The notes below the pieces were generated by a model. That model saw nothing but the letters and a program-made list of their open reading frames with translations, had not been told where the DNA came from and ran no database searches. The translations under genes and the position numbers were made by a program. Positions 36,861-48,600 of a stretch of 64,000 nucleotides of DNA are shown one piece after another (position 1 is the stretch's first letter; each line of letters starts with the position of its first letter). The DNA is from Octopus sinensis (lineage: Eukaryota): contig NC_043020.1 of assembly GCF_006345805.1 (NCBI RefSeq), positions 3,968,001-4,032,000 on the forward strand, read 5' to 3'.

Positions 36861-37205
36861 CAATAAGAAAATGGAGGGGATCAATGGGTAATTCGTCAAC
36901 TTTTAGACATTATATTAACTTATTTATTTATTTACTAAACTGACAATTACAAGAATATACATACATGTATAACAGATTATGCTTTACATATAAGATATAA
37001 AATATATAAAGATATAAAGATACTAGTAATTATTACAATATTACATACAGTAATATTACAATAACATACATGAATATAAATTGGGAAAATAACTTACAGC
37101 TGTTTCAGCCAAGAGGCAAAAATACCTCATTTTACCTTTATTACTCAAGTTGGATAGATATTATCCCTTAGTTGGTTGGATTCACAACCTCTAACTTTCT
37201 TGGAG

Positions 37206-37242
<37 letters not shown>

Positions 37243-37278
37243 CACATACATACATAATATATATATATACACACATAC

Positions 37279-37321
<43 letters not shown>

Positions 37322-39735
37322 ATATATAGGGTGCAGTGAATATATTGTCATCTAGGTTATGCAAAAATGAAAATAACTGACATCTCATTTTAAAATATAT
37401 ATTTACCAAAATTACATTAAAATTTATTCAATGAAATTGCCATTGGCTTCAACCATGGCCTTCAAACAACTTTAGAATCTCCTGCAACTCTTCTGGACAG
37501 TCTCTTTGTTTAAGTTGGTGAATGCTGCCATAATCCTTGCCTTCAGTTCATCCTTGCTGTTACAAGGAGTTTTGTTGGTCTCTTGTTCAAGGGGGTTGCA
37601 GTCTGGGGAGTTAGGTAGCCAGATGTGGTCAGAGAAATTGTCTGACAATCATAACTGGGTTCTCCTGCTTGTGTGGTATGGGGCAGGGTCCTGCTGTCAA
37701 ACATAGGGTCTTCCAGCAGTCACCCTCTTCACCAGAGCAACACTACCTCCTCCAGACACTTGATGTAGGCCTTCATATTGAGTCTGAGGCCATGTGGGAA
37801 GATGAATGAAGGCATAACATCACATCACTAGTGATCACTCCAAATACCATGATGTTGATTGGTTATTTGGTTTTTATCATGCTTGGTACATGTTTTGGGG
37901 ACACAGCAAGCCAACGGTTGTTCCGTATGATTACCATTTGTTCATACTGGAGTTTCTGACACGAATGCCAAGCAGTACAGCATATTGTTTGCAAATTTCT
38001 GGCTGACTGATTTGCATAATGATGCTGTTTTTCTCACAGACGGTGCCCAACTGGCCCTACCATGCCCTGCAGTCGACAAAAACAAACAATGCGCATGCAT
38101 GAAATTAAAAACATAAAATGGCAATAATTTATCCATCGCACCCTGTAAATATATATAATGTGATCAGCTTGGAAAATTGTTCCAATAACAAGATATTTTA
38201 TTAATATGAAACCAATGGTAGCCTTTATACACAAAAAAGAAATTTTATCCTCTCTGGTGGTAGTGATTACTCCTTCTCCTTGTTTGACATTTACGTATTT
38301 ATATATAGATAGATAGATATGTTTGTCTGTATGTGAATAAATGAGCTTCTGCATAGTTTCCATCTCCCAAATTCTCCAGAAAGATCGATCAAGCCACGTC
38401 TGCTGCATGAGAACTATACAGTTAAGCGACAGTTGATGGAGTAATGCAAGGAAATTTCTCAGTTTAACCTGTTTTACTATAGAACATGTTACCAAGGGGT
38501 GGCATGCCCTAGGATTGAACCCTGAACTACATGGTTGCCAAGTGAATGTTTAGATACACATAGCCCTGCTTGCCTCTGTATATTTATTTTTCTATTTTGC
38601 AGGTTACATGATGTTTGGCGCTGGGTTGACAGTGGGGTTGTGCAACCTTGCCTGTGGGATGTGTGTGGGTATTGTTGGCTCTGGAGCTGCGTTGGCAGAT
38701 GCTCAAGATGCCAGCCTCTTTGTCAAGATTCTCATTGTGGAGATTTTTGGTAGTGCCATCGGTTTGTTTGGTGTCATTGTAGGAATTTTACAGGTCAGTA
38801 AGACTTTGTTTTATATATTTTACCCCAGCATATGTAGGGAGCTTCTAACCCCAATCTTTACTTCTTCTTCACAGTTCCTTTACTCTGTTATAAAAGGTTG
38901 AAAAATAACATGTAACACATTGGGGGTTGATACAATCAACTTAACAACTTTGTATACATACCAGTAATACTCTAGGGATCATTACCATCAACTTGTTTGA
39001 TTCCCCAGTGATTCTGCTGCCCTTTCAATAGTTGTTTCTAATAAAGACACAAGACAAGGACGAAGGACCTTAATCAATGTCATTAACTTCACCCACTCAT
39101 CAGTATTTGTGTTCTTTGGCCCAAGGTCAATTTTAAACCAGCTGACCTGTTATAAAGAGTATATCCTGCCTTATTTCCACACATACTAAAATTGGACTAA
39201 ATTATCTAATTTTCCAACTACAGTAGGCTGCGACTAGAAATATATTTGGCTGCTATGTTTAGCATGTTATTGGAGCAGATAACATCAATTGTGGTTGTTT
39301 AGCCTTTGGTCTGCCCTGATCCAGAAGACCTGGGATCAAAGACATTTCACCCTGTCTGTTGTTGAGATAACTTTATATTGGAAACTCCACAAAATATTGT
39401 TCCATTTTTTAACAAGGGATTTGAGGGAAATTTGACTGCTGTTTCTTTAGGACAGGAAGCAAGCTTGTAATATTGTTAATTCTGTGAACCAGTTTCATTT
39501 CTATGTTAAAATCACTTCTGTTTTATCTTGAGGTAAGGCATGCCTATCACATCATAGACTTGAGTGTGTATCCTTTTATCTGAACTTTGTCGTAAGTTTT
39601 GCTTCAATTAATCATGCAATTAACATAAAATATTAATTTTGCTTGGAAAGTTAGATTAATCATTTAATTAATGTGTAATTTCTTTTGTTGTTTTGTTTGT
39701 TGCAGACCTCCAGAGCGAAGATGACCACTACCTAA
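22219..39735 (+). CDS. ATP6V0B: V-type proton ATPase 21 kDa proteolipid subunit c''; join(22219-22312,30703-30751,32409-32492,35090-35237,36198-36252,38603-38793,39706-39735), 216 aa (208 aa from the second ATG at 22243)
   Basis: Seven GT-AG exons with consistent phases (1,2,2,0,1,0). Motifs SPFMW...[43 protein letters not shown] and FGAGLTVG...[28 protein letters not shown]. The extra N-terminal helix and two membrane Glu residues identify c'' rather than the 16 kDa c subunit. Confidence 0.97.
24260..24795 (-). mobile_element. Head-to-tail array of three SINE units (tRNA-like head family with ttctgagttcaaat / gtcgactttgcctttcatcc core)
   Basis: Three copies of the core; identical junction aaagaaatag|gtatttcgtc at 24433/24434 and 24593/24594. 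Monomers of the family also at about 20340-20550, 41060-41190, 48390-48610 and 51785-51965. Confidence 0.85.
25745..25856 (-). mobile_element. tRNA-derived SINE (family ending gtagacggaaactgaaagaagcccgtc)
   Basis: Recurrent family; other copies at about 9903-10045, 10817-10960 and 38340-38570, partial at 660-725 and 58330-58400. Confidence 0.8.
25923..26008 (+). ncRNA. Type I hammerhead ribozyme motif (copy 2) with U16.1-to-A substitution, probably inactive; in ATP6V0B intron 1
   Basis: UAGAGU CUGAUGA G a CGUCC..GGAUG C GAAA CC AUU GG AC ACUCUA; same flanks as copy 1. Confidence 0.75.
26085..27296. mobile_element. Foldback element: about 503-bp inverted arms around a 205-bp spacer, with an internal 28-bp tandem repeat
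   Basis: 26085-26588 is the reverse complement of 26794-27296 with roughly a dozen mismatches by eye; abuts (TA)n; no ORF. Confidence 0.92.
27718..27885 (+). mobile_element. SINE-like repeat (tttacgtccccgtaacttagcgg...cagcatggcc...gaaacaagtaaaag family)
   Basis: Homologous copies at 58430-58625 (+) and about 1000-1200 (-). Confidence 0.75.
29580..30110 (-). mobile_element. Degenerate RTE LINE fragment (end of RT / C-terminal region)
   Basis: [22 protein letters not shown]...[19 protein letters not shown]...ARITSI motifs with stops and frameshifts. Confidence 0.8.
30703..30751 (+). CDS. ATP6V0B: ATP6V0B coding exon 2 ([17 protein letters not shown])
   Basis: Acceptor tttattctttag|; donor ATG|gtaagt; 49 nt. 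Confidence 0.93.
32409..32492 (+). CDS. ATP6V0B: ATP6V0B coding exon 3 ([28 protein letters not shown])
   Basis: Acceptor ttctatttctag|; donor TTG|gtaagt; 84 nt. Confidence 0.97.
33836..34160 (+). mobile_element. tRNA-derived SINE with conserved central domain
   Basis: A box tggctcagtgg, B box gttcgattcc, gcccttgagcaag core, 3' region cagccacttgcacgttaatttcacgagcag. Confidence 0.75.
35090..35237 (+). CDS. ATP6V0B: ATP6V0B coding exon 4 ([49 protein letters not shown])
   Basis: Acceptor ttttctatttctag|; donor AAT|gtaaga; 148 nt; contains the proton-carrying Glu. Confidence 0.98.
36198..36252 (+). CDS. ATP6V0B: ATP6V0B coding exon 5 ([19 protein letters not shown])
   Basis: Acceptor tatttctttttag|; donor CAG|gtttgt; 55 nt, phase 0 to 1. 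Confidence 0.9.
37327..38145 (-). mobile_element. Tc1/mariner (maT-like) internally deleted transposon in ATP6V0B intron 5
   Basis: TIRs (C/T)AGGGTGC...GCACCCTG with TA flanks; transposase remnants homologous to 53340-53861. Confidence 0.85.
38603..38793 (+). CDS. ATP6V0B: ATP6V0B coding exon 6 ([11 protein letters not shown]...GVIVGILQ)
   Basis: Acceptor ttctattttgcag|; donor CAG|gtcagt; 191 nt. Confidence 0.98.
39706..39735 (+). CDS. ATP6V0B: ATP6V0B coding exon 7 (TSRAKMTTT*)
   Basis: Acceptor ttttgtttgttgcag|; matches the family C-terminus TSRxKM; TAA stop. Confidence 0.93.
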   Translation, partial: TSRAKMTTT

Positions 39736-40936
39736 GTCTGTTGTTGACTTTAAACAGTTGACCATTTGTGGTCAGATTTTACACAGTCTTAATGATAGAC
39801 GCTGCCAACATCATTATCTTGTTAATGTGTTTGTGTGTGTTTTTTGGTTTTTGTTCTGTTGTCAGTTCTTCCATCAATCATTGCTGTTCTTAGGCTTTCC
39901 AAGTCTCTTCTTCTCTCTCCCGGTCCCCACCTTCACTTCAGCTTCGATGAGGATGCAGTTGTTTCCTCCTCCTCCCCCCATTCCCTTATTCTTCAGATTC
40001 TTCTTAACTGCTGTCAACTCCTCCTCAATATCACAGGCGAGATTCCTTCAAGGTTTTGCAGCCCAACAAAACACAATTCAAACATCCTTCATCTTTTCTT
40101 GTTTCCAGTAGTCTTACGGTTGCTATGGTGTTGGCAGTTTCATAAACCTGGTCAGAACTTGCAGACTAAACATGATCAATAATAATAATAATAGTAATAA
40201 TAATGTTGACAAACTGTGGAAACGAATGTCTTGTGTGTGTGTGTGTGGATGGGTTGGGGTAAGTATCTCTCTATCATGCGCGTCTGTTTCAGTTGGTTTT
40301 CCAGACAAATTTTCTTGGCTAAACTGCGACATAATTACATTTTAATTAGTTTAATATAATTTCTCTTAAGATGTTTAGTCTTGTACTCACACCTTCAGAA
40401 CACAATTACACACTGAAGACATCTGCAACACAGTTGCACACACACACACACACACACATGTATGCAGCATAGCCAAATATATATATACATATACACAGCC
40501 TTGTATATACATAGCAACACACATGTCTCTCTCTCTATGTACGTATATATACATACATACATATATACACACAGCATAATCACACACTACTAAGTAAAAT
40601 AATTTAAGAGTGATTCCTGTATTTCTCCAAGTTAATTTGGCTGCTAGAGATTTTTTTCTTTACCTCTCCCATTTTGTGTGTGTGTGTGTGTGTGAAATTA
40701 TAGATTTGTGAAAGTTTGAAAACCTGTTTAAACATTTTCTGAAGACTTGTTACACAAAGAAATTCCTTTCCAGTGAGTTTTTACAGTTCAAAGACCATTT
40801 TGACATTCCAAACTTGATTTCATTGGAATCAGTTGATGTCTTTTGTTTGTTAAATTTTATTTTAGTTTTTTTGATTGTTTTGTTTTTCATTTTGGATAAA
40901 GCAGAAAAATTTTGAGTGCAAAAGAAAAGAAAAAGA

Positions 40937-40942
40937 AATAAA
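40937..40942 (+). terminator. Candidate polyadenylation signal of ATP6V0B
   Basis: AATAAA followed by a GT-rich tract (gttgttttcgttactgttggtgttg); implies a 3' UTR of about 1.2 kb. Confidence 0.45.
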
Positions 40943-41329
40943 ATGTTGTTTTCGTTACTGTTGGTGTTGTTGTTGTTATTTTTAAGAAAGCAGCAAACTG
41001 TCTGAATGGTTGATGCCTTGGACAAAAGGCTTACAATGTGAAGAGCTGGAAGAAATGCTGCCAAGGTGAACTTTGCCTTTCATCCTTTTGAAGTCAATAA
41101 AATAAGTACCAGTTGTGTATTGGGGGTTGATGTAATCGACTTACCCCTTGCCCACTAAAATTGCTGGTTTTCTGTCAAAACTTGAAGCTGTTATTTTTAA
41201 GATAAAGGAAAGCGGGATCTGAACTCCTTCAAGATTAGTGAGATCCCTGTTAATATTCTGCTGTTTTGTCAACAGAAAAGACAGGGTTAAAGAAGGAACT
41301 TTATTGAGAATCTGTAATTATTACAGGCG

Positions 41330-41600
41330 AAAGTGTTTTCTGACCCTGAAGAGAAGGGCCAGTATTATAGATGAAGTCTTATGTTAAGAATGTGTTGTTT
41401 TTGCCCCCAAAAGAGATTCTTGGAGACAGAACAGAATGCTGGTCCATGTTATGTCTTCTGTCTCCAGAGCAAACAAAACATAGAGCACTCCACAGCTCAA
41501 TCCATTTAACTGTTGGAGACCATATCATCCTTACTGACCTTTTTCGGGTCCACAGCTCATACAATTGTAAGGGCATCCTCAAGACATACAGCATGTCTTG
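41330..41600 (-). mobile_element. Highly degenerate RTE LINE C-terminal fragment
   Basis: ELWTRKR...IELWS resembles the RTE ESWTxKK...FELWCW motif; weak. Confidence 0.4.
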
Positions 41601-44600
41601 AACATCTTAAACTTGTTGGAATTCATTCCTAGCCAGGTGTGATTATAGTTGATTTCTTCCAGAGGTAGAACTAAATCAACCCAAGAAAGATGGAAAGCAA
41701 ACTTGGCCTCAGGAATCCAAAGTGAATACCACCAGGTACTGTGTTCCATACTAGCAACTCAGCTTTATTAGAGGCAAGAAAGTAAATGGCAGCACTTCTC
41801 CATCCTCTTCTGACACAGACATTTTCAAATAAACTTTTTAAGTTAAAGAGAAAAATGTAAAAAAAAAATTTTTTAATAACCAACTTTTGTTTACATTGTT
41901 TTATTAATTCTTGTCTCTAACCAAATTCTGAAGAACACATTTTTCAAGACATTCAAGCATTAGAATGGACTTTCTAAATATTCAAATTTTAATTTTAAAA
42001 ATCCATGGCACACCATTTGTGAACCATTGGTTTATAGCAGTAATTACACAGGGGCTTCAACTACTTACAGAAACCCACTGAAAAATTAAAGTAAAAAGCT
42101 TGACAAGTGTTTCTTCTGGTTTCTTGTTTTGCATTCAACTTCCATCTTCACCTGTAAGGGAAAGTCACTTCTGGTTGGCTGTCATTCCATCCAGGAGATA
42201 AGAGAATCGATAAGCACAATTTAGTTTTCCTTTCCAATATCCTGCTAAACACTACAGAGAAAACATGGAATTCAGTCTGTTGTCCCTCTGTGTAGCCTGG
42301 ATATTTGTGAAAAGGATTATCCCTATTTTTTTTCATTTTTATGCAGAGATATTTCAAGACAACTGAAGGAATGGATTAATGCAACAATAGCCAAGAACAC
42401 AGAAACACGAAAGACGTATGGTTCCTTCTTTTTTCTTTTTTTGCAATTGGGAAATTTCAAATTTTTCTTTAAATTAAGACAAGCAATACATTGTCATCTT
42501 TGAAATGTGTAGTTTATGACAAAAAAAAAAAAGATGAACAGTTTAGCCATGGAGGGAGAAAGAAGAATAAGATATTTGGATGGCATTAGTTGAGGTATTG
42601 ATGGTGATGATGATGATGGTGGTGGTGATGGTGATGGTGACCGTAGGCAAAGGGGAAGAGTAGATAATTCTTTCCTCTAAACAGGAGACAGATTGTATTC
42701 TTTTTTTATATTTCATTTGTTTTTGTGGTGGTTGTTGTTGGGCTTAATGTTATTTTTTTGTATTTCTGACCCCCACCTATTTGTTGACATTTGTTTTCAC
42801 AACCAATAATGATTGCTAACACAACCCCAAGAGCAGTAATTAATTAATTTAATCTGGCTGGTCTTTTAATTAATAAAGAGAAAGACTAATATTGCTGAAA
42901 ATTTAAACTTTGAACATAAAATGTTGATGTGGTTATAAAAGCAAAAAGTTTACTGCGATGAAGCCCCTTCCAGGATTCCACTGCCAAGGGAAGCTTCTCC
43001 ATGTTGGTCTGGCCCGATAGAAACAGCAGCTAAACCTGCCTCAGATCAGAGGCTATTGACTTAGAGAGTAAAATTAGATAATATAGTTCCTAAATAGACA
43101 AAAGAAGAAAACAGATAGTCATGGTTGGATTGCCTTTGATGTCAAAGTCTGCTGGATCAAGACTAACTAGGGGCTAGACAACAACACCCTGATGAGGAGA
43201 GGAGAGACACTTAACAACCCCCCTTCACCACCATCACCAAGTAATGTCTTTGGAAGGCAACAGGGGGTCCCTTCCAACTCGTTATAAAATAGCAGCCAAA
43301 TCTCCCTCAAAGCACACAGAAGGATACTTTGAACATTTATGGCCCAAGATATAGAAACAAGACTGGATGGTCATGCTTGGAATGTCTCTGATCGTACAAC
43401 TGAATCAGAGCTGACCTGGGGCTAATTAATAACTGAAGTGACTGGCTGGATTGTTTAACACCACCACTCCAGCCCCTCCTCAGAGGATCCACATTTAATA
43501 GAAAATAAATCATTCTGGAGAGGACTGAACGTAGAATGTGGAGGTTATGATAGAAAATACAATTATGGTGCTTAGACTGGTACCTGTTCTCTCACTTAGG
43601 AGGGGGGGGTCCTCAGAACTGAAGACTTGACTCAATACTTAAGTTAACCCTTTATCATTCTGAGTTGAAACTCTGTTAAGGTCAATTTGACATTTCGTCC
43701 TTTGAGGGTTGAGAAAATGAAGTACCATTCAAATACTTGGAATTGATTAAATTACACGTTACTTGTTCCTCCTCCTCCTTGAAATGGCAGAGTTGGTAGA
43801 ACATTGAATGCATTGTGTTGCTGAATTTATTTAGCCTTCCAAGTTCAATTCTCATTGACACCAACTTTGTCTTTCACCTTTCTGAGGTCAGAAAACTAAA
43901 AAGTAGTCTAGGGTGGCAAACTGGCAGAATCATTAGAACACCAGACTGGATATTTTGTGTTCTAAGTTCAAATCCTGCTGTGTCTGCTTAAGAGATAGAC
44001 TTAATCCATTACCCAGGGTTACACCACACTAGCTGTTACCTCTGACAACAGAGTGAACTAAAGGTGCCTAAATATTGCAATTCATTTTGTCTGACATTCT
44101 AATGAGTCTACTGATCCACTATTCTTGCACAGGTATTTCGTTCTGTTCTCTCTGATACCATCACCACCCCATTCCAGATTCACCAGGGTGAACAAAACTC
44201 CTGATGATGGACGTGTACGTTTGTGTGATCAATCACCTCAAAGGTATTGGCCATTATCACCCTGGTGAAGGAAAAAATAAATGTCTGTCTACATGTAATA
44301 CAGGTGAGTATATACTTTGCATTTTGAAGAGAACTGCATCAAACATGCAACACTGAAACAAGAAACCATTTCGTTATCAAAAGTCTCTTCAAATATTCAA
44401 CTTGTAACTGAGTTTGTCGATCTAGAGCTGGTTTTGTTAGCTACATGTGGATACATGAACTAAAGCTATAAATCTTTGTCGCTTTAAAGAACATACGTTG
44501 TCTTGCTGTTGAGGGTCTGAAGAGACACATGTTTACACAATGCCTGGTGCCATGATTCTGCAGTGCATTTAACTGAGAAGAGACAATTGTTGCAAAGGAT

Positions 44601-45600
44601 GTTACCAACTGGGCCAACAGCTCAGCTTTGCTTTGCAGCTCATTAATGAAGTAGTCATATTTATTAACAAACTGATGTCTATCATTTCCAGCCAGGATTT
44701 GAACTCGGAATGTAAAGGAATGGAAAGCAGACACTGTGAAATGCATTTTAGTCCAAGTTCCAAAACTGAAGACAACATTAATTTCTACTGAACTTTGTAC
44801 ATGATGAACTTACACACTTGGAGAGGAGGACAAGGTAGACGGAACAGCCAAACAAATCTATCATCCTGTACCCCAGTATATAACTGGTACTGATTTATCT
44901 CAAGTCTGGAAGGATGAATGGTGAAGTTGAGTGTGGAAGAACTTGAACACAGGAGGGAAAGTGTTCAAAACGAAATCGCTTGGGTGCTCCACCAAATTCT
45001 ATTATTCAATTGCCATCACAACATCGAGGAAATATTTATGAGAATTGGACTTGTGTGTGTGTGATTTCCAAATTCCCACCTACACTGGAAGGAATTGATT
45101 TTGAAGTCTGGGTCAATATTGGATTGTCTTTTTTTTTCTTTTTCTCTCTGTGTTATTAAATTAGTGTTTGTGTTAACACATTAATGTGGCTGTGTTCCCA
45201 TTATCACAGTGTGTTTGCATTAAGATATTAATGTGTACCTGTGTTAACACATTAGTGTGGTTCTGTTGACCAGCAGTGGAGGTCAGGTGGAATGGTTTAT
45301 ACCAACATTAGAGTCACTGGTTGCTGTGAAGTGTGTAAGAATAATCAGGGTATTTACCCAAACCAATGGTGTACTGATTGTCCTTTAGTTGTGTGGAACA
45401 TGGACAAGGACATTCATTAAAGACAAGGTTGGTGTTGTACAGTTGCTGGCGGCTGGAAGTAACCCAGGGGCTACATTTAGGACGTTTTATCGGAGCAAAT
45501 ATCTTGTAGCACCTTGCTATGTAGTGTAGTGTGTTGGCTGCGGACAAGTTTGACCAGAGGCCATGCTGTACAGTATGTAGGGGATCGGAACGACTGGGAG

Positions 45601-48600
45601 TCAGGTTAAACCTGAGAGATGAGCAAAGAAGGAATTCTAAATGGAGTCAGCATGTGTGCAATATTTAGACGGGACTTGGATAAATATCAGTCGAGCCAAA
45701 ACGAGAAGAATGTTTAATCTGAACCAATATTGGAATTGGTTGTGGAATCATCAAAGTAAACATATATCACACCAAAAGGATTTGTATCAACTTCAGCAGC
45801 TTCCCTGAAAGAGAGAGAGAAAAATAATAATAATAATTCACAGAGTACATACTCTACACACTCACCAATACTATAACATAAGCCAACACAGTCACCACCG
45901 AATGCTACAACACAGCCCAGAGTCCTGAGCTGATAAGTGATGGATTTAATCTGTCAGCCCTTTTAACACTACCACCTGGTCCTTAGATATCTTTAAATGG
46001 GACCAACTTCATTCCTCCTTCCCTACCACCAGACTTGGAGAGATTGATAAACATGAATGCTTCCTTTCCTTGCTTTAATAAGGAATTGTAAAAAAAAAAA
46101 CACGTCCACAGAATACCAGAGACACAAAGGAAATTTATATGCATCTTCCTCCAGTCTATACCTGCTCAGTTGAGGGAATTTTATCTTGAGAATATTTAGC
46201 AACCTCACCAGTGCTGGGACCACATAAAAAGCACCCTTTGTACACACTGTGAAGCAGTTGACATTAGAAGGGACATCAAGCTTCACTGGTTCTTGCCAAA
46301 CCATCTAACCGTGTCAGCATGGAAAAAAGAGCATTAAATAATGATGATGTGTAGCCATGCGTAAATTTGGAAGACAGGAACTGAGAAAAACCCATCGTGT
46401 GTGTCTGCTTGCGTTGATATCGCATGATAGTTGCAGACAAGTGTCACCATCTGCAAACTATTTGTTTCCAATTTTCTGTGAAAACATGTCCAGCCAAGAA
46501 GGAATATTGCTTTACTTGGAAACAGGTAAGGATTGGTGACATGAAGAGCATCCAGCCACAGTAGAGAATCTGTCTCAATGAATTTCATGGGATCCATGCA
46601 AGCACTGACGAGTAAACATCAAAGTAACGATGGTGGTATATATGTTAGCTTGTTCCACTAGACTAGTTGAGTAAGCTGACTGGTAAAACTTCACAATACA
46701 CACACACACATATATATATACACATGCACAAACATACATATAGGCACATGTATATACACACACACAATTAGTTTAATTAATGTGCATCAACACTGCTTTT
46801 CCGTTCATTGTTGGCACAGGATGGTGTGTAATGGGACATTTCTCAGTAAAACACATACTGCACCATTTTGAATGAATATTCTTTATAACTGCACCATCTC
46901 GGAGCTTGTTCCCTCAAAGCTTCCTTCCTGGTGGCCGGTACTCACAGTCAACACACTCTCTTGCTAGCTTTATGGTCTTTATTCCCAGTGATCTTTCACT
47001 GACAGTTTTTGTGATAGTTAAATCCTCTACCCACTCACCCCTATATCATGGAGTTAGTAATTCATACTAAAAATGAATACAAGATATAATGTAATGTTTC
47101 ACAGGGTGAGTTCTTAGAAGCCAGGGGATTCCACAAGATAAAAAAAAAAAGGCCATTCACCATTTTCAAAATAAATTATTTTATACTGCTTATCAGAATA
47201 GATTCTCTCTGAACAACAGTTTTGTGTCTTATTAAAAGTTGTGTCACAGAAAATGTAGGCAGAGGTTCTGGGATTTTGGAAAAGGATTCCATGACAAAAT
47301 AAGTTGAAGAATAGCTGGTATAGGGAATAATTTCTACTGCCAGTGACATTAAAATATACCTAATCTGTAGCTGGTGACATGAAAGACTTCCAACCATCAA
47401 CACTATACTAAAAATAATACAGTTATACACCAAAACAAAGATTGGAAATTTTCTCTGTTGTATAATATCAGACGAAGAACCTTGACAACAAGTAGAGTGT
47501 GAGAAGACAGCCATCTTCAGCGTGTCAGGGTAAAGCATAAAAATGAACAGACAAGACACATACACACAGCCACACAAACACATATATCTACATGTCTAGA
47601 GATCCACACACATGGACAGGTAAACAATACAAGCTGAAAATGTGCTCGACTAACCTCCTCACACCGCTACCACTATCCCCTACACTAGGCCGACCAGAAT
47701 AGACTATTGGTACTCTCTCTCCTTCTCACACTAAAGAAAAAAATATATAAGAAAAAAAAACATAAAGAAAAATTAACAACTTGTGTTGCTAATGCACTTT
47801 TCAGAGAAACAGATGAACATCACAGCTTCACATACATTCATATCTAGAAATAGAAAGTTTCACCTGACATAAGAAAGTCTTAGAATTATTAAACACATGA
47901 TGATGATGATGATGATGACAATTATTTAAAACTGTTTCCATTAACAGCAAAAAGCATGGTTGAGAAACTAAAGACTCACTCAAGCAATGGTGTCCATTTA
48001 ATTGGGTCAAACCCTTCCCCAATAAATTCATGACTTGTTGCTTAGGGAAGAAATTATTGTTATTAACATCATCATCATCATTATTATTAGAGCAGGCAGA
48101 GTCACAAACATGTCAGACAAAGTGCTTAGCATTTTGCCCCCTCCCCTCAAAATTGTTGGCCTTATGCCAAAATTAGAAAGAAATTGTTATCATCATCATC
48201 ATCATCAACTTGCAATGTAATGCTTCACTGATTTTTCTTCTTCATTCCCACAATCAGAAATGCTAATAACTCCCTTCCCTCACTCTTCCATTCCACATAG
48301 AAACAACTGATATTTGCCTACAAGGTGAAGCATTCCCATCATCATCACCATCACCATCACCACCATCATCATTATCATTATTATTATTAAGAAGGCAGTT
48401 GGGGGCTGGCAGAATCCTTGCATGTTGGACAGAAGTTGAGCAGCATTTCGTCTGTCTTTACATTCTGAGTTCAAACTCCACCCAAGTCGACTTTGCCTTT
48501 CAGGGTTGATAAAACAAGAACCAGTCAAGCACTAGGTTCAATGTAATCAATTCGTCCCCTCCCCCAAAATTTCAGGCCTTGTGCCTTTAGTAGAAAGGAT

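Noticed and set aside
39758-40182. Two overlapping + strand ORFs after the ATP6V0B stop
   Set aside because: TTG/GTG starts, low-complexity T/C-rich 3' UTR sequence, no homology; the TAA stop context does not suggest read-through.
42148-42357. - strand ORF containing DNPF as a further tail exon of the FN3-TM gene
   Set aside because: Begins without a usable acceptor in that region; a closer phase-compatible acceptor at 45611 already terminates the ORF.
44200-44270. C/D box snoRNA or SECIS element
   Set aside because: TGATGA is present but there is no terminal CTGA D box, no SECIS GA quartet with apical AA, and no selenoprotein nearby.
47176-47583. 135-aa - strand ORF inside the FN3-TM gene
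   Set aside because: The phase-2 reading after the only plausible acceptor hits a stop; the + strand shows faint RT-like remnants (DFGKGF); no recognisable domain.
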